Origin: Gemmatimonadota bacterium
GTDB lineage: Bacteria > Gemmatimonadota > Gemmatimonadetes > Palauibacterales > Palauibacteraceae
Reading direction: 5' to 3'
Assembly (NCBI GenBank): GCA_039585935.1
Contig: JBDGUY010000002.1
Span: 1-34,399 of the forward strand
Length of the DNA stretch: 34,399 bases
Shown: piece by piece, positions 1 through 8,322 of the stretch
How the letters are laid out: each line of letters starts with the position of its first letter
How positions within the stretch are numbered: the stretch's first letter is position 1
Notes under the pieces: generated by a model
Databases searched by the model: none
Told to the model about the DNA's origin: nothing
Seen by the model: only the letters and a program-made list of their open reading frames with translations
Position numbers and translations under genes: made by a program

Positions 1-123
1 GACCGGGTGTTCCTGATCATCGGACAGGGACATGCGCCGATTCTCCGGCAGGTGCTGACCGACTGGCCCCGATTCTGTCTCGAAGACCCGTTGAACTACC
101 TGCCGGAGCCGGGCGAAGGCTGA
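1..123 (+). CDS. 3' end of a CDS (partial), DUF5694/TraB-like C-terminus
   Basis: Frame 1 reads DRVFLIIGQGHAPILRQVLTDWPRFCLEDPLNYLPEPGEG* with TGA at 121-123. The GxGH..ILR and DPLxYL pattern resembles DUF5694 C-termini (recalled, not searched). Confidence 0.6.
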   Translation, partial: DRVFLIIGQGHAPILRQVLTDWPRFCLEDPLNYLPEPGEG

Positions 124-129
124 ATCCGT

Positions 130-729
130 TCAGCTACCGTCGAGATACCGCTCCGGAATCGGCTGGTCCGGAGTCTCCCCCTGCCAGTAGACCTGGAGGA
201 CCCACCAGCGCTCACCGTCGAACAGGAGCTGGAAGCTGTTGATTCCCCGCATGAAATGATCTCCGGCCTTCATCTCCTCGACGGTGCGATACGACTCGTA
301 GGTGCTGAACACGTGGGCGATATTGCCGAATCGTTCCTCGATCCTGAACGCCTCCACCTCGAAGAATCCGTTCGTCTCCAGCTGTCCACCCGCGCCGGAG
401 ATGTACTCTTCGAGGCTCCACACGAGGTATCGCGCCGAGCCGTCCGGTGCCGTGCCAGAGGGAATGAGGCGAGCCTCCGGCAGGAACAGCGAGCGCATGC
501 GATCCCAATCGCGCGCCTCGCCGGCCGGCCCGGAAATCACGTCGTACACGGCGTTCAGGATCGCACCTATCGATTCGACGTCTTCCGGACGTGCTGCGGG
601 AACGTCTGCATCCGCGGTCGAGCGTGCCTCGTTCTGCGCCGCCGCCGGCTGCGCCAGTGCGAGAATAGCAGCGAACAGGCCGAGCACTCGCGTGGGCACG
701 CGGATTCCAGATTTCTGAGTCGACCTCAT
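130..729 (-). CDS. Secreted hypothetical protein, NTF2/SnoaL-like fold
   Basis: ATG at 729 is preceded by GAGGAGG. Signal peptide LLGLFAAILALAQPAAA-type (VLGLFAAILALAQPAAAQ); motifs DWDRMRSLFLPEARL, FGNIAHVFSTYE and GINSFQL..DGERWW. Confidence 0.75.
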   Translation of the reverse strand: MRSTQKSGIRVPTRVLGLFAAILALAQPAAAQNEARSTADADVPAARPEDVESIGAILNAVYDVISGPAGEARDWDRMRSLFLPEARLIPSGTAPDGSARYLVWSLEEYISGAGGQLETNGFFEVEAFRIEERFGNIAHVFSTYESYRTVEEMKAGDHFMRGINSFQLLFDGERWWVLQVYWQGETPDQPIPERYLDGS

Positions 730-854
730 CAGTACCTCCTCGGGGTGTCGTGCGTCGAGCAGGGTGCCCGACGGGAGCTTCACCCCACAATAACCCCCGA
801 AGCGTTTCTCGTGTTGCGTGGAACACCAGCCGATCGATTTCGGTACCCCGCGGC

Positions 855-1490
855 ATGAGCGCTCACAAGGGCCACCCGATCCGCGGCCGGCTCAACGCCT
901 GGTTCCTGGCGTATGCCGAGACCGCGATGCACGAGGAATACGGCGACCGGAAGGTCAGTATGCTCGGACCGATACCCGAGACAGTCGTAGAGCTCGGTCC
1001 CGGTTCCGGGGCCAACTTCCGCTACTACCCGCGCGGAACTCGTGTCATAGCGGTCGAACCGAACCCGATGATGCATGGGAGAATGAATGCCCAGGCCTCG
1101 CGGCACGGTATCCGGATCGATCTGCGCCACGCGGGAGCCGAGGGAATGGATGTCGAGACCGCGAGCGCGGAGCTCGTCGTTTCGACACTCGTTCTGTGCA
1201 GCGTGAGAGCGCCCGAGCAGGTGGTAGCGGAGGTACGACGCGTGCTCAAGCCGGGCGGCCGGTTCGTGTTCCTGGAGCACGTGGCCGCACCGTCTGGAAC
1301 GCGGCTGCGCAAAGTTCAGGAGATGATCCACCGGCCGTGGCATTGGCTGGGGGAAGGGTGCAATCTCACGCGGGACACGGCCGCGACGCTGGAGAGCGCC
1401 GGTTTCGCGTCGCTCGAACTGGAAAGCTTCGACTCAGGCCTTACCTGGGCTCCTTACTCTCCGCACATCGCGGGCGTGGCCATTCGTTAG
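855..1490 (+). CDS. Class I SAM-dependent methyltransferase (METTL7/Methyltransf_11-like)
   Basis: Motif I VELGPGSGAN, then AVEPN, STLVLCSV and RVLKPGGRFVFLEHV. Start placed at ATG 855. Confidence 0.9.
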   Translation: MSAHKGHPIRGRLNAWFLAYAETAMHEEYGDRKVSMLGPIPETVVELGPGSGANFRYYPRGTRVIAVEPNPMMHGRMNAQASRHGIRIDLRHAGAEGMDVETASAELVVSTLVLCSVRAPEQVVAEVRRVLKPGGRFVFLEHVAAPSGTRLRKVQEMIHRPWHWLGEGCNLTRDTAATLESAGFASLELESFDSGLTWAPYSPHIAGVAIR

Positions 1491-1535
1491 CGCCGGGACT
1501 CGCTTCTCCCGGCGGTCCAGCGGTATCATCCCCAC

Positions 1536-2687
1536 ATGCAGACTGCCCGCAGGACACACGGTTTCACGGAATCCGTGATTCGTGAAATGACTCGCGTCGC
1601 GGACGAATCCGGCGCAATCAACCTGGCGCAGGGTTTTCCCGATTTCCCGGCTCCGGATGTACTCAAGGAAGCCGCGGTCCGGGCGATCAGGGACGATGTG
1701 AACCAGTATGCCGTGACCTGGGGGGCGCCACGTCTTCGCTCGGCGGTCGCGTCGAGCTATGCTCGCTGGTACGACATCGAGATCGATCCGGACCGCGAGG
1801 TCACGATCACCTGCGGGGCCACAGAGGCGATGGCCGCGGTCCTGCTGGCGCTCGTGGACCCGGGCGACGAGGTGATCGTGCTCGAGCCGTTTTACGAGAA
1901 CTACGGCCCTGACGCCGTGCTGTGCGCCGCCAGACCGGTGTTCGTGCGGGTCGAGCCCGGGGAGGGACTCGACCTCGACCGGCTCGCGGCGGCTTTCGGT
2001 CCAGCCACGCGAGCCATCGTTCTGAATACTCCCAATAATCCAACTGGCCATGTACTGACCCGTTCAGAGCTCGAGGCAATCGCCGAGCTGTGCCAACGGC
2101 ACGATGCCTGGGCGATCACCGACGAGATCTACGAACACATCCTGTACGACGGGGTCCACGTGCCCATGGCTTGCTTGCCGGGCATGTCTGACCGCACGGT
2201 GACCGTGAGTGGCGCGTCGAAGACCTTCAGCGTAACCGGCTGGCGAGTCGGCACGATCGTCGCTCCGTCCGGCGCGAGCGGCGCGATACGAAAGGTGCAC
2301 GACTTCCTGACAGTGGGTTCCCCGGCACCGCTTCAGGAAGCGGTAGCCACGGCCCTGGAGACCCTCGGGGACGACTACTACCAGGAACTCGCCAATGCGT
2401 ACCGTCGTCGTCGCGATCTCATGGTCGGAGCTCTGAAGACGGCCGGATTCCTGTGCACTTCCCCGGCGGGTGCGTACTACATCCTGGCCGACTTCTCCGA
2501 AATTTCGGACCAGCGAGACACCGCATTCGCCATGGCCCTGGCCCGGGATGCCGGGGTGGCCCCCGTACCTGGATCGAGCTTCTACGCGGATCCAGCCGAT
2601 GGCAGATCGCTCGTGAGATTCGCGTTCTGTAAGTCGGAGTCACTACTTCGGCAGGCGGCGGCGAGACTGCTCTCTGCATTCTCCTGA
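1536..2687 (+). CDS. PLP-dependent class I/II aminotransferase (YbdL/kynurenine aminotransferase-like)
   Basis: INLAQGFPDF, NTPNNPTG, DEIYEH and SKTFSVTGWRVG (PLP lysine). Confidence 0.93.
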   Translation: MQTARRTHGFTESVIREMTRVADESGAINLAQGFPDFPAPDVLKEAAVRAIRDDVNQYAVTWGAPRLRSAVASSYARWYDIEIDPDREVTITCGATEAMAAVLLALVDPGDEVIVLEPFYENYGPDAVLCAARPVFVRVEPGEGLDLDRLAAAFGPATRAIVLNTPNNPTGHVLTRSELEAIAELCQRHDAWAITDEIYEHILYDGVHVPMACLPGMSDRTVTVSGASKTFSVTGWRVGTIVAPSGASGAIRKVHDFLTVGSPAPLQEAVATALETLGDDYYQELANAYRRRRDLMVGALKTAGFLCTSPAGAYYILADFSEISDQRDTAFAMALARDAGVAPVPGSSFYADPADGRSLVRFAFCKSESLLRQAAARLLSAFS

Positions 2688-2707
2688 TCCGGACCGCGTA
2701 TCCGCGC

Positions 2708-2736
2708 TTGACCACAACATCTTGTGGGGTTATCAT
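2708..2736 (+). promoter_or_regulatory. Sigma70-type promoter TTGACC-N17-TATCAT
   Basis: -35 at 2708-2713, -10 at 2731-2736, 17-bp spacer, in an AT-richer intergenic region. Confidence 0.75.
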
Positions 2737-2759
2737 CCTCCGGGTACAATATATAGCGG
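2712..2759. promoter_or_regulatory. Tandem NrdR-box pair 1
   Basis: CCACAACATCTTGTGG (2712-2727) and GTACAATATATAGCGG (2744-2759) match the acaCwAtATaTwGtgt consensus; the starts are 32 bp apart. Confidence 0.8.
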
Positions 2760-2763
2760 TTTT

Positions 2764-2825
2764 TGTGGAAAACTCGGACCGTTTTTGGGGAAACCGGTGG
2801 AGAAACGGCCGTTGGCCGTGGAAAA
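2764..2825. promoter_or_regulatory. Cluster of co-oriented DnaA-box-like 9-mers
   Basis: TGTGGAAAA 2764-2772 (reverse complement TTTTCCACA fits TTWTNCACA), TGGGGAAAC 2786-2794, GGTGGAGAA 2796-2804 and CGTGGAAAA 2817-2825. Confidence 0.55.
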
Positions 2826-2962
2826 CCGTTCCTCGCCAAGCCCCGGGTCCGGATTGAGAATCTGTTGAGCGGCCCCTTCAACATGGTGGTGTGCAACGTG
2901 AACGGCCGGATGAGGCCGCGGGGTCGCGCACCTGCCGATGCTCCGAGAACGGTGAGGTTGTG

Positions 2963-3175
2963 ATGACTGACTCGATCGGAAGCGCAAATGCCCTTCATGC
3001 TGCTGCCGGCAGGTCAAGCCCGATTCGCAGACCGGCGATTACGGCACGCTGGGTAAGAAATGCGACGGTGGCGAACCGGATCGCGTTCGAGCAGGAGATG
3101 AAACGGGAGAGGCGAATGGGCGTCGATTCCCGTCTCAAGCGATTCGTGAAACAGGTCAGCGCCCGTCAGGCGTGA
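2963..3175 (+). CDS. Small basic hypothetical protein (70 aa)
   Basis: GAGG RBS before ATG 2963; MTDSIGSANALHAAAGRSS...FEQEMKRERRMGVDSRLKRFVKQVSARQA; bracketed by a promoter and an intrinsic terminator. Confidence 0.65.
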   Translation: MTDSIGSANALHAAAGRSSPIRRPAITARWVRNATVANRIAFEQEMKRERRMGVDSRLKRFVKQVSARQA

Positions 3176-3259
3176 GCGGAGAGCACTAGCGAAGCGACCG
3201 CGAACGAGAATACGCCGCAGGCCGGGATTGCGTACAGCGCAGGCCGGCCAACGGGCGCG

Positions 3260-3292
3260 AGGCCCCGGAGCGATCCGGGGCCTTTTCTGTTT
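3260..3292 (+). terminator. Rho-independent terminator
   Basis: AGGCCCCGGA-GCGA-TCCGGGGCCT is a perfect 10-bp stem with a GNRA loop, followed by TTTCTGTTT. Confidence 0.88.
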
Positions 3293-3372
3293 GGGGCCAG
3301 TCCGGGTTACAATCACGCCACATATTCGAGCGAGCAAACGCCAACTGGCCGTTAGTGGAGAGAACCGACCTG

Positions 3373-4656
3373 ATGACCGAAGTCGCACACCGGCAGGAAG
3401 CGCAGCGGAAGGACACTGAAGGCAAGGCCCTGGGGCCACGTCGGCCCACGGTGGTCGTGAATGTCGGCGGCGTGTTGATCGGCGGCGACCATCCGGTGGT
3501 CGTGCAGTCCATGACCAACACCGACACGGCGGATATCGGGGCGACCGTCCTGCAGGTCAGGCAGCTCGCCGAGGCCGGCAGCGAGCTGGTTCGTCTGACG
3601 GTGAACACTCCAGCGGCGGCTCGCGCCGTGCCGGAGATCGCCGAACGCCTGCGAGCTGCTGATGTGACCGTTCCATTGATCGGTGACTTTCATTTCAACG
3701 GACACATTCTGCTTCCCGGGAATCCCGGCTGCGCGGAAGCGCTGGACAAGTACCGGATCAACCCCGGAAACGTGGGTGGTCGTACGTGGGACGCGAATTT
3801 CGCTCGCATCATCGAATGTGCGGCCGAGCATGACAAGCCGGTCCGCATCGGCGTGAACTGGGGATCTCTGGACCAGGCGCTGCTGACTACGATGATGGAT
3901 GAGAATGCCTCTCTCGAGCAGCCTCGTGAGGCGCACGACGTGATGATCGATGCGATGATCGAGAGCGCGATGCGTTCGGCCCGGGTGGCCGAGGAGATCG
4001 GCCTGCCCCACGATCGGATTCTCCTGAGTGCCAAGGTCTCTGGTGTGCAGGACCTGCTGACCGTGTACCGTCGCCTCGCACCACTCTCCGATTACCCGCT
4101 CCACCTGGGTCTGACCGAGGCGGGGATGGGCAGAAAAGGGATCGTGTCGAGCACCGCCGGACTGGCGATTCTCCTCGCCGAGGGTATCGGGGACACGATC
4201 CGCGTCTCGCTCACGCCGACTCCTGGCGGTGATCGAAGTGAAGAGGTCCGGGTCGCGCGGCAGATCCTGCAGTCGCTCGGACTGCGGATGTTCGAGCCTC
4301 AGGTCACGGCCTGCCCGGGCTGTGGTCGGACCACGAGCACGTTCTTCCAGGAAATGGCACAGGAGATCGAGGAGTACTTGCGTGGGCGCATGCCCGAGTG
4401 GAGCGGAACTTACCCGGGAATCGAGAGTCTGAGCGTGGCCGTAATGGGTTGCGTGGTGAACGGTCCTGGTGAATCCCGGCATGCTGACATCGGGATCTCG
4501 CTTCCCGGGAGCTTCGAGGAACCCAGTGCACCCGTGTACGTGGACGGGGAACACCACTCGACTCTACGCGGGGACGCCATCGTCGCTCAGTTCATCGATC
4601 TCCTGGAGGAATATGTGGTGGGGCGGTTCGGGGCGGGGACTGAAGCGATGACCTGA
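3373..4656 (+). CDS. ispG: (E)-4-hydroxy-3-methylbut-2-enyl-diphosphate synthase
   Basis: [50 protein letters not shown] and [10 protein letters not shown]. Confidence 0.98.
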   Translation: MTEVAHRQEAQRKDTEGKALGPRRPTVVVNVGGVLIGGDHPVVVQSMTNTDTADIGATVLQVRQLAEAGSELVRLTVNTPAAARAVPEIAERLRAADVTVPLIGDFHFNGHILLPGNPGCAEALDKYRINPGNVGGRTWDANFARIIECAAEHDKPVRIGVNWGSLDQALLTTMMDENASLEQPREAHDVMIDAMIESAMRSARVAEEIGLPHDRILLSAKVSGVQDLLTVYRRLAPLSDYPLHLGLTEAGMGRKGIVSSTAGLAILLAEGIGDTIRVSLTPTPGGDRSEEVRVARQILQSLGLRMFEPQVTACPGCGRTTSTFFQEMAQEIEEYLRGRMPEWSGTYPGIESLSVAVMGCVVNGPGESRHADIGISLPGSFEEPSAPVYVDGEHHSTLRGDAIVAQFIDLLEEYVVGRFGAGTEAMT

Positions 4657-4691
4657 TTCGAGGTCGCGGAGATCGTCAGGCGCTTCCGGGA

Positions 4692-5669
4692 TCAAGCGAG
4701 AACGAAGCGCTCTACCCCGTCCTGCTGTTGTCGATCGAGCGCACCGCCGGCCGCGAGGTGACGCAGCATGGCGAGGCGCTCGCGAAGGTACAGGATGAGA
4801 AGGCCGCCGCTCAGCTGGTGGTCGCCACCACTCGCCACCAGGTCCCACGCTGTCGTCGAACCTTGCTCGATCGCCCCCAAAGTGCGGTCGAGTTGCCGAT
4901 TCAGGACTCTGCGCCGGTCCTCGAGGAAGGGAATCGCCGGACGAATTGTGCCCGTGTGACTGGAGCACACGATCAGCGGCTGAAGCCCCAGCGCCCGTTC
5001 CAGTGAGTCCAGGTACATCCCGAAGCTGTCTTCCTCCGGGTCCGAAATGCGGATCGGCGTCTTCCACCTCTGAAGAAACTGGTCGGCGACCAGCAGCACA
5101 CGGTCTTCCGGATGGAACACCATCAGGTGACCCGGCGCATGCCCCTCCGCGAGAATCCACCTCCAGCCTTCCGAATTCGGAATCGGACCCTCCGATCCCG
5201 AGACAGGGTCCGACACGGGAGTCCGGGCGAATGGAGCGCTGCCTACAGGCTCTGTCTCCGGGGCCAGTTTTTCCACCAGTTCGGCCGGGACTCCCATGAT
5301 CTGCAGCGCCGCCCGACCCCGGCTGGATGCTGGTTGCAGATTCCGCATCTCCCGCACGGCGTTCTCGTGGACGAGCAGCCGTGCTGGAGTCCAGCGCAGA
5401 AGGCCGCCGGAATGGTCGAGGTGCGTGTGCGATAGAACGACCCCTGATACGGACTCGGGCGTGAGCGCCAGGGTGTCGAGTCCTGTTCTGAGCGCCGCTT
5501 CCGACTCCGGCATGTCGGCTCCAGAGTCGAGGAGCCACGGAGGGAGGCCGTCGTTCGAGTCGAGGACAAACGCCGAGGTGACCCCGGGAACGAACGGATC
5601 GGGAAGTGGAATCCGCCTGCACCTGGGACTGATCTGCTCGGGAGGCCCGGTCGGATCGAGCTTCTTCAT
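4692..5669 (-). CDS. MBL-fold metallo-hydrolase with C-terminal helical/winged-helix tail
   Basis: LLDSG, SHTHLDHSGG and GHAPGH; ATG 5669 overlaps the stop of the upstream ORF (ATGA). Confidence 0.88.
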   Translation of the reverse strand: MKKLDPTGPPEQISPRCRRIPLPDPFVPGVTSAFVLDSNDGLPPWLLDSGADMPESEAALRTGLDTLALTPESVSGVVLSHTHLDHSGGLLRWTPARLLVHENAVREMRNLQPASSRGRAALQIMGVPAELVEKLAPETEPVGSAPFARTPVSDPVSGSEGPIPNSEGWRWILAEGHAPGHLMVFHPEDRVLLVADQFLQRWKTPIRISDPEEDSFGMYLDSLERALGLQPLIVCSSHTGTIRPAIPFLEDRRRVLNRQLDRTLGAIEQGSTTAWDLVASGGDHQLSGGLLILYLRERLAMLRHLAAGGALDRQQQDGVERFVLA

Positions 5670-6595
5670 CTGGTATCGCCCGGCAGGGAAGTCGCTTCCT
5701 TCCTGCGCACCTCCGCGACCGCGCTCGACAGGGCATCGATCAGCGAGGTGGACTGCAGAGACCTGCCGTCCAGGTTCAAGATTGGCTCCACGCCTCGAAC
5801 GGAACCGGTCATAAAGGCACCGTCGCACTCGCTCAGCTCTCGGGCCGTCCACCGTCCCTCGAGGATCTCGATGTCCAGGTCGCAAGCCTCCTCGATCACT
5901 CTCTGCCGAATGACGCCGGGATAAAGCGGTAACTCGTCATCTGGCGTGAGCAGCCGGCCGCTACGTTCGAAGAACAGGTTGGCCGCAACGCCCTCGGCCA
6001 GCCAATCATCGTAGACGCGGATCACCTCGTCTACGGCGAGTCGGGCCGCATGACCTGCGGCGATGACGTGAGGCAAAGCACTGCAGGTCTTGATGTATGG
6101 AATCGAAGGCCGGGGGACCTCGTCGCTGTCCAGCACACGAACACGGAGGTGTCTGGAAGCAGGAGCTTCCGAAAGCTCGACCAGGGCCAGCGAGTCGCTG
6201 GACCTTCCGAAGCCGCGACCGACATCCGTGGCACTCCACTGACACCGAAGCACGCCAGCGGAGCCGGGTCGCGCGCCAAGATGTACGGCGGCTTCCAGGA
6301 GACGCTCGACGATCTGATTGATGTCGAGCCAGCCGGGCGGCGGATCCAGTCCGATCCCGGCAGCTCCCGCGAGCAGGCGCCCGGCATGCCGCTCGGCGTC
6401 GAGCAACTGTCCGGCATCGATGCGGAGCGTGGCGAACAGGCCATCGCCGTATCTCAGAGCCCGCCGGAGGACACCTGATTCGTAGCCCGATTCAAGCACT
6501 TGCCCGGCAATCCACACGCGGTCCACCTCACCATGAGCCGAGTCGCACCCTTGTCCGGCCGCCGTGCCGCGTGTCAGCTTATTCCGTTCTGTCAT
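5666..6595 (-). CDS. Class IV PLP enzyme (4-amino-4-deoxychorismate lyase/PabC-like); start uncertain
   Basis: RALRYGDGLFATLR, H..RL, PLP lysine in IKTCS, EGVAANLF, YPGVIR and AFMTGSVRGV. Confidence 0.85.
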   Translation of the reverse strand: MTERNKLTRGTAAGQGCDSAHGEVDRVWIAGQVLESGYESGVLRRALRYGDGLFATLRIDAGQLLDAERHAGRLLAGAAGIGLDPPPGWLDINQIVERLLEAAVHLGARPGSAGVLRCQWSATDVGRGFGRSSDSLALVELSEAPASRHLRVRVLDSDEVPRPSIPYIKTCSALPHVIAAGHAARLAVDEVIRVYDDWLAEGVAANLFFERSGRLLTPDDELPLYPGVIRQRVIEEACDLDIEILEGRWTARELSECDGAFMTGSVRGVEPILNLDGRSLQSTSLIDALSSAVAEVRRKEATSLPGDTR

Positions 6596-6681
6596 CCGAT
6601 CCACCGTCGTCTCGGGCATCGATCGGCTCGAATCGATGGTGCGACCGAGCAATGCTGACCCGCCAGGGGAGACAGGAAGTC

Positions 6682-7101
6682 ATGTCGAAGGTTAACGAAC
6701 TCACCGCTCTGATCGCCGCCGTGTTTCTGGCTTTCGGAACATCGGCCTGTGCCAGCAGTCGGGAAGTCGTGGTCGGAACCGATCCAGGTGGAACGGGAGC
6801 GGCCGCCGGCGCGCAGACTACCGGTGCGGCTGTCTCGAATGCCAGTCTCGAATATGAGCTGTCTCGCCTCGTAACGGCTCAAAAGGCCTATTTCGAGGCC
6901 AATGATTATTACGCAGCAGACCTTGGGAGTATCGATTTCACGCCGGGCTCCGGGGTTCGAGTCGATCTCATCCAGGGAGACTCGGACGGCTTCTCGGCGA
7001 TCGCGAAGTCCGAGACCGGAGAGTGCGCCGTATTCGTCGGGGACGTCAGGTCGCCTCGCGGCTACGCCAACACGCCTGAGGTACCGGCCTGCCGGAGCTG
7101 A
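6682..7101 (+). CDS. Lipoprotein with pilin-like C-terminal domain
   Basis: AGGA before ATG 6682; hydrophobic signal ending in lipobox-like TSAC; Gly/Ala/Thr linker; C-terminal domain LSRLVTAQKAYF...GFSAIA...ECAVFVG...PAC. Confidence 0.72.
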   Translation: MSKVNELTALIAAVFLAFGTSACASSREVVVGTDPGGTGAAAGAQTTGAAVSNASLEYELSRLVTAQKAYFEANDYYAADLGSIDFTPGSGVRVDLIQGDSDGFSAIAKSETGECAVFVGDVRSPRGYANTPEVPACRS

Positions 7102-7170
7102 AGACCCCCTGCGAATGCGGTCGGTCAAATCTGTAGGATGGATCCGGAGTAACCCGGAGCGGAGCCGCGC

Positions 7171-7371
7171 TCAGTCGCGCTGCTTCCGCCTCCGGGCATT
7201 GCGCGCGAGCCTTCGCTGTGCGGCCTTCTGCTTACGACGCTTCGCCTCGCTGGGCTTCTCGTAGTGCCTCTTCCGGCGCATGTCCGCGAGAATCCCTGCT
7301 CGCTGTACTTTGCGGCGGAACTGGCGCAGAGCCTTTTCGAGGTTCTGTCCTTCGGCGATCTGAATCTCCAA
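7171..7371 (-). CDS. rpsU: 30S ribosomal protein bS21
   Basis: LEKALRQFRRKVQRAGILADMRRKRHYEKPSEAKRRK; TTG start. Confidence 0.97.
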   Translation of the reverse strand: MEIQIAEGQNLEKALRQFRRKVQRAGILADMRRKRHYEKPSEAKRRKQKAAQRRLARNARRRKQRD

Positions 7372-7447
7372 AACTCGCTCACCCCTTCAGGAACGCGACT
7401 CGCGCGAGACACCACGCCTCGCACGTCTGTATCCGTCTCAGCCGCGC

Positions 7448-7477
7448 AAAATAGTGCATTATCGGGTCAATTGCCAA
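7448..7477 (-). promoter_or_regulatory. Putative sigma70 promoter for rpsU (TTGGCA-N18-TATTTT)
   Basis: Read on the minus strand in the AT-rich part of the intergenic gap. Confidence 0.4.
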
Positions 7478-7536
7478 CTCGCGTCCGCCGTGACGGCCGC
7501 GCGTTCCTCGATGCCGGTTTGCCGGGGGGGTGCTCG

Positions 7537-7929
7537 TCAGCGCAAGAACGTGAAGCGGGATGCGAGTCGCTGCCGGATCTGCTCGGCGAGCGTCTGGAGC
7601 TCCGGGGCAGAGCCTGCGGCCTGCCCGGAATGCCTGGAGCGCCCTGAGTCGCTCCGACTTCCGCGCTGGTCTCGTGAATTCGTAGAGACCTGGTCCGAAG
7701 GCCGTTCCTCCGAGGTCTCGCCGTCGAGCCGCGTGACATTTCGAGCTCGAGGGCCTCGATCCGCTCGTTCGACGTCGAGTTCGACCTCGGCCCCGTCGCG
7801 TAGACTCCGGAAGCCCGAACCCTGGATGTCGGAATGGTGGACGAACACCTCATTGCCATCCTCGAGCCGGATGAACCCCCACCCCTTCTCCGGGTCGAAC
7901 CACTTCACACTGCCACGCAATCGAGTCAT
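7537..7929 (-). CDS. Cold-shock domain protein with C-terminal extension (130 aa)
   Basis: GSVKWFDPEKGWGFI (RNP1), VFVHHSDI (RNP2), GFRSL and GPRARNV, then a ~60-aa tail. Confidence 0.93.
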   Translation of the reverse strand: MTRLRGSVKWFDPEKGWGFIRLEDGNEVFVHHSDIQGSGFRSLRDGAEVELDVERADRGPRARNVTRLDGETSEERPSDQVSTNSRDQRGSRSDSGRSRHSGQAAGSAPELQTLAEQIRQRLASRFTFLR

Positions 7930-8004
7930 GTTCGGCTGATTCCCTTCGTGGTCTACTTTCGGAAACGGTCCAATTCGCGCAGGACGGCCTGGACTCCGTC
8001 GGGC

Positions 8005-8033
8005 ATTGTAGGCGGGCGAACGCGATGCAACAA
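8005..8033 (-). promoter_or_regulatory. Sigma70 promoter of the cold-shock gene (TTGTTG-N17-TACAAT)
   Basis: -35 at 8033-8028, -10 at 8010-8005, about 75 bp upstream of ATG 7929. Confidence 0.65.
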
Positions 8034-8080
8034 GCGTCGGGCCGGCACTCGCCATTGGCCGCGCAACCGGATTCCAAAAC

Positions 8081-8110
8081 TTGACCCACAACATGTGGAC
8101 CCGATAGGTT
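8081..8110 (+). promoter_or_regulatory. Sigma70-type promoter TTGACC-N18-TAGGTT
   Basis: -35 at 8081-8086 and TAnnnT -10 at 8105-8110; same architecture as the promoter at 2708. Confidence 0.55.
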
Positions 8111-8132
8111 GTTTGGGCACCAGATCTTGTAC
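8086..8132. promoter_or_regulatory. Tandem NrdR-box pair 2
   Basis: CCACAACATGTGGACC (8086-8101) and GCACCAGATCTTGTAC (8117-8132); starts 31 bp apart; both keep the CnAnATnTnG core. Confidence 0.7.
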
Positions 8133-8322
8133 TTTCGGTTTCTATACGGGATCGACGTCCGATCGGAACAGGCAAGTCGCGTAGCCGGTCTCCAGTGGGC
8201 ATTCGGACCATGGTTCGTCCCGCCCGGAGAGTTTCTTCCGGCAGTTGGAGATCCTGCCCGGCACATGGTTGCCGATCGAGACACGTCTGATTTTTCCGGG
8301 TGCGGCGCCAGCTGCGCAAAAT

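Noticed and set aside
2863-2883. Inverted repeat TGTTGA-N9-TCAACA in the leader of the 70-aa ORF
   Set aside because: A single 6-bp repeat that I could not assign to a regulator; it may be chance or part of leader structure.
2690-2960. Replication origin (oriC), suggested by DnaA-like boxes and AT richness
   Set aside because: Only one consensus box, no clear unwinding element, and no dnaA/dnaN/gidA neighbours; a regulated promoter fits better. GC skew would settle it.
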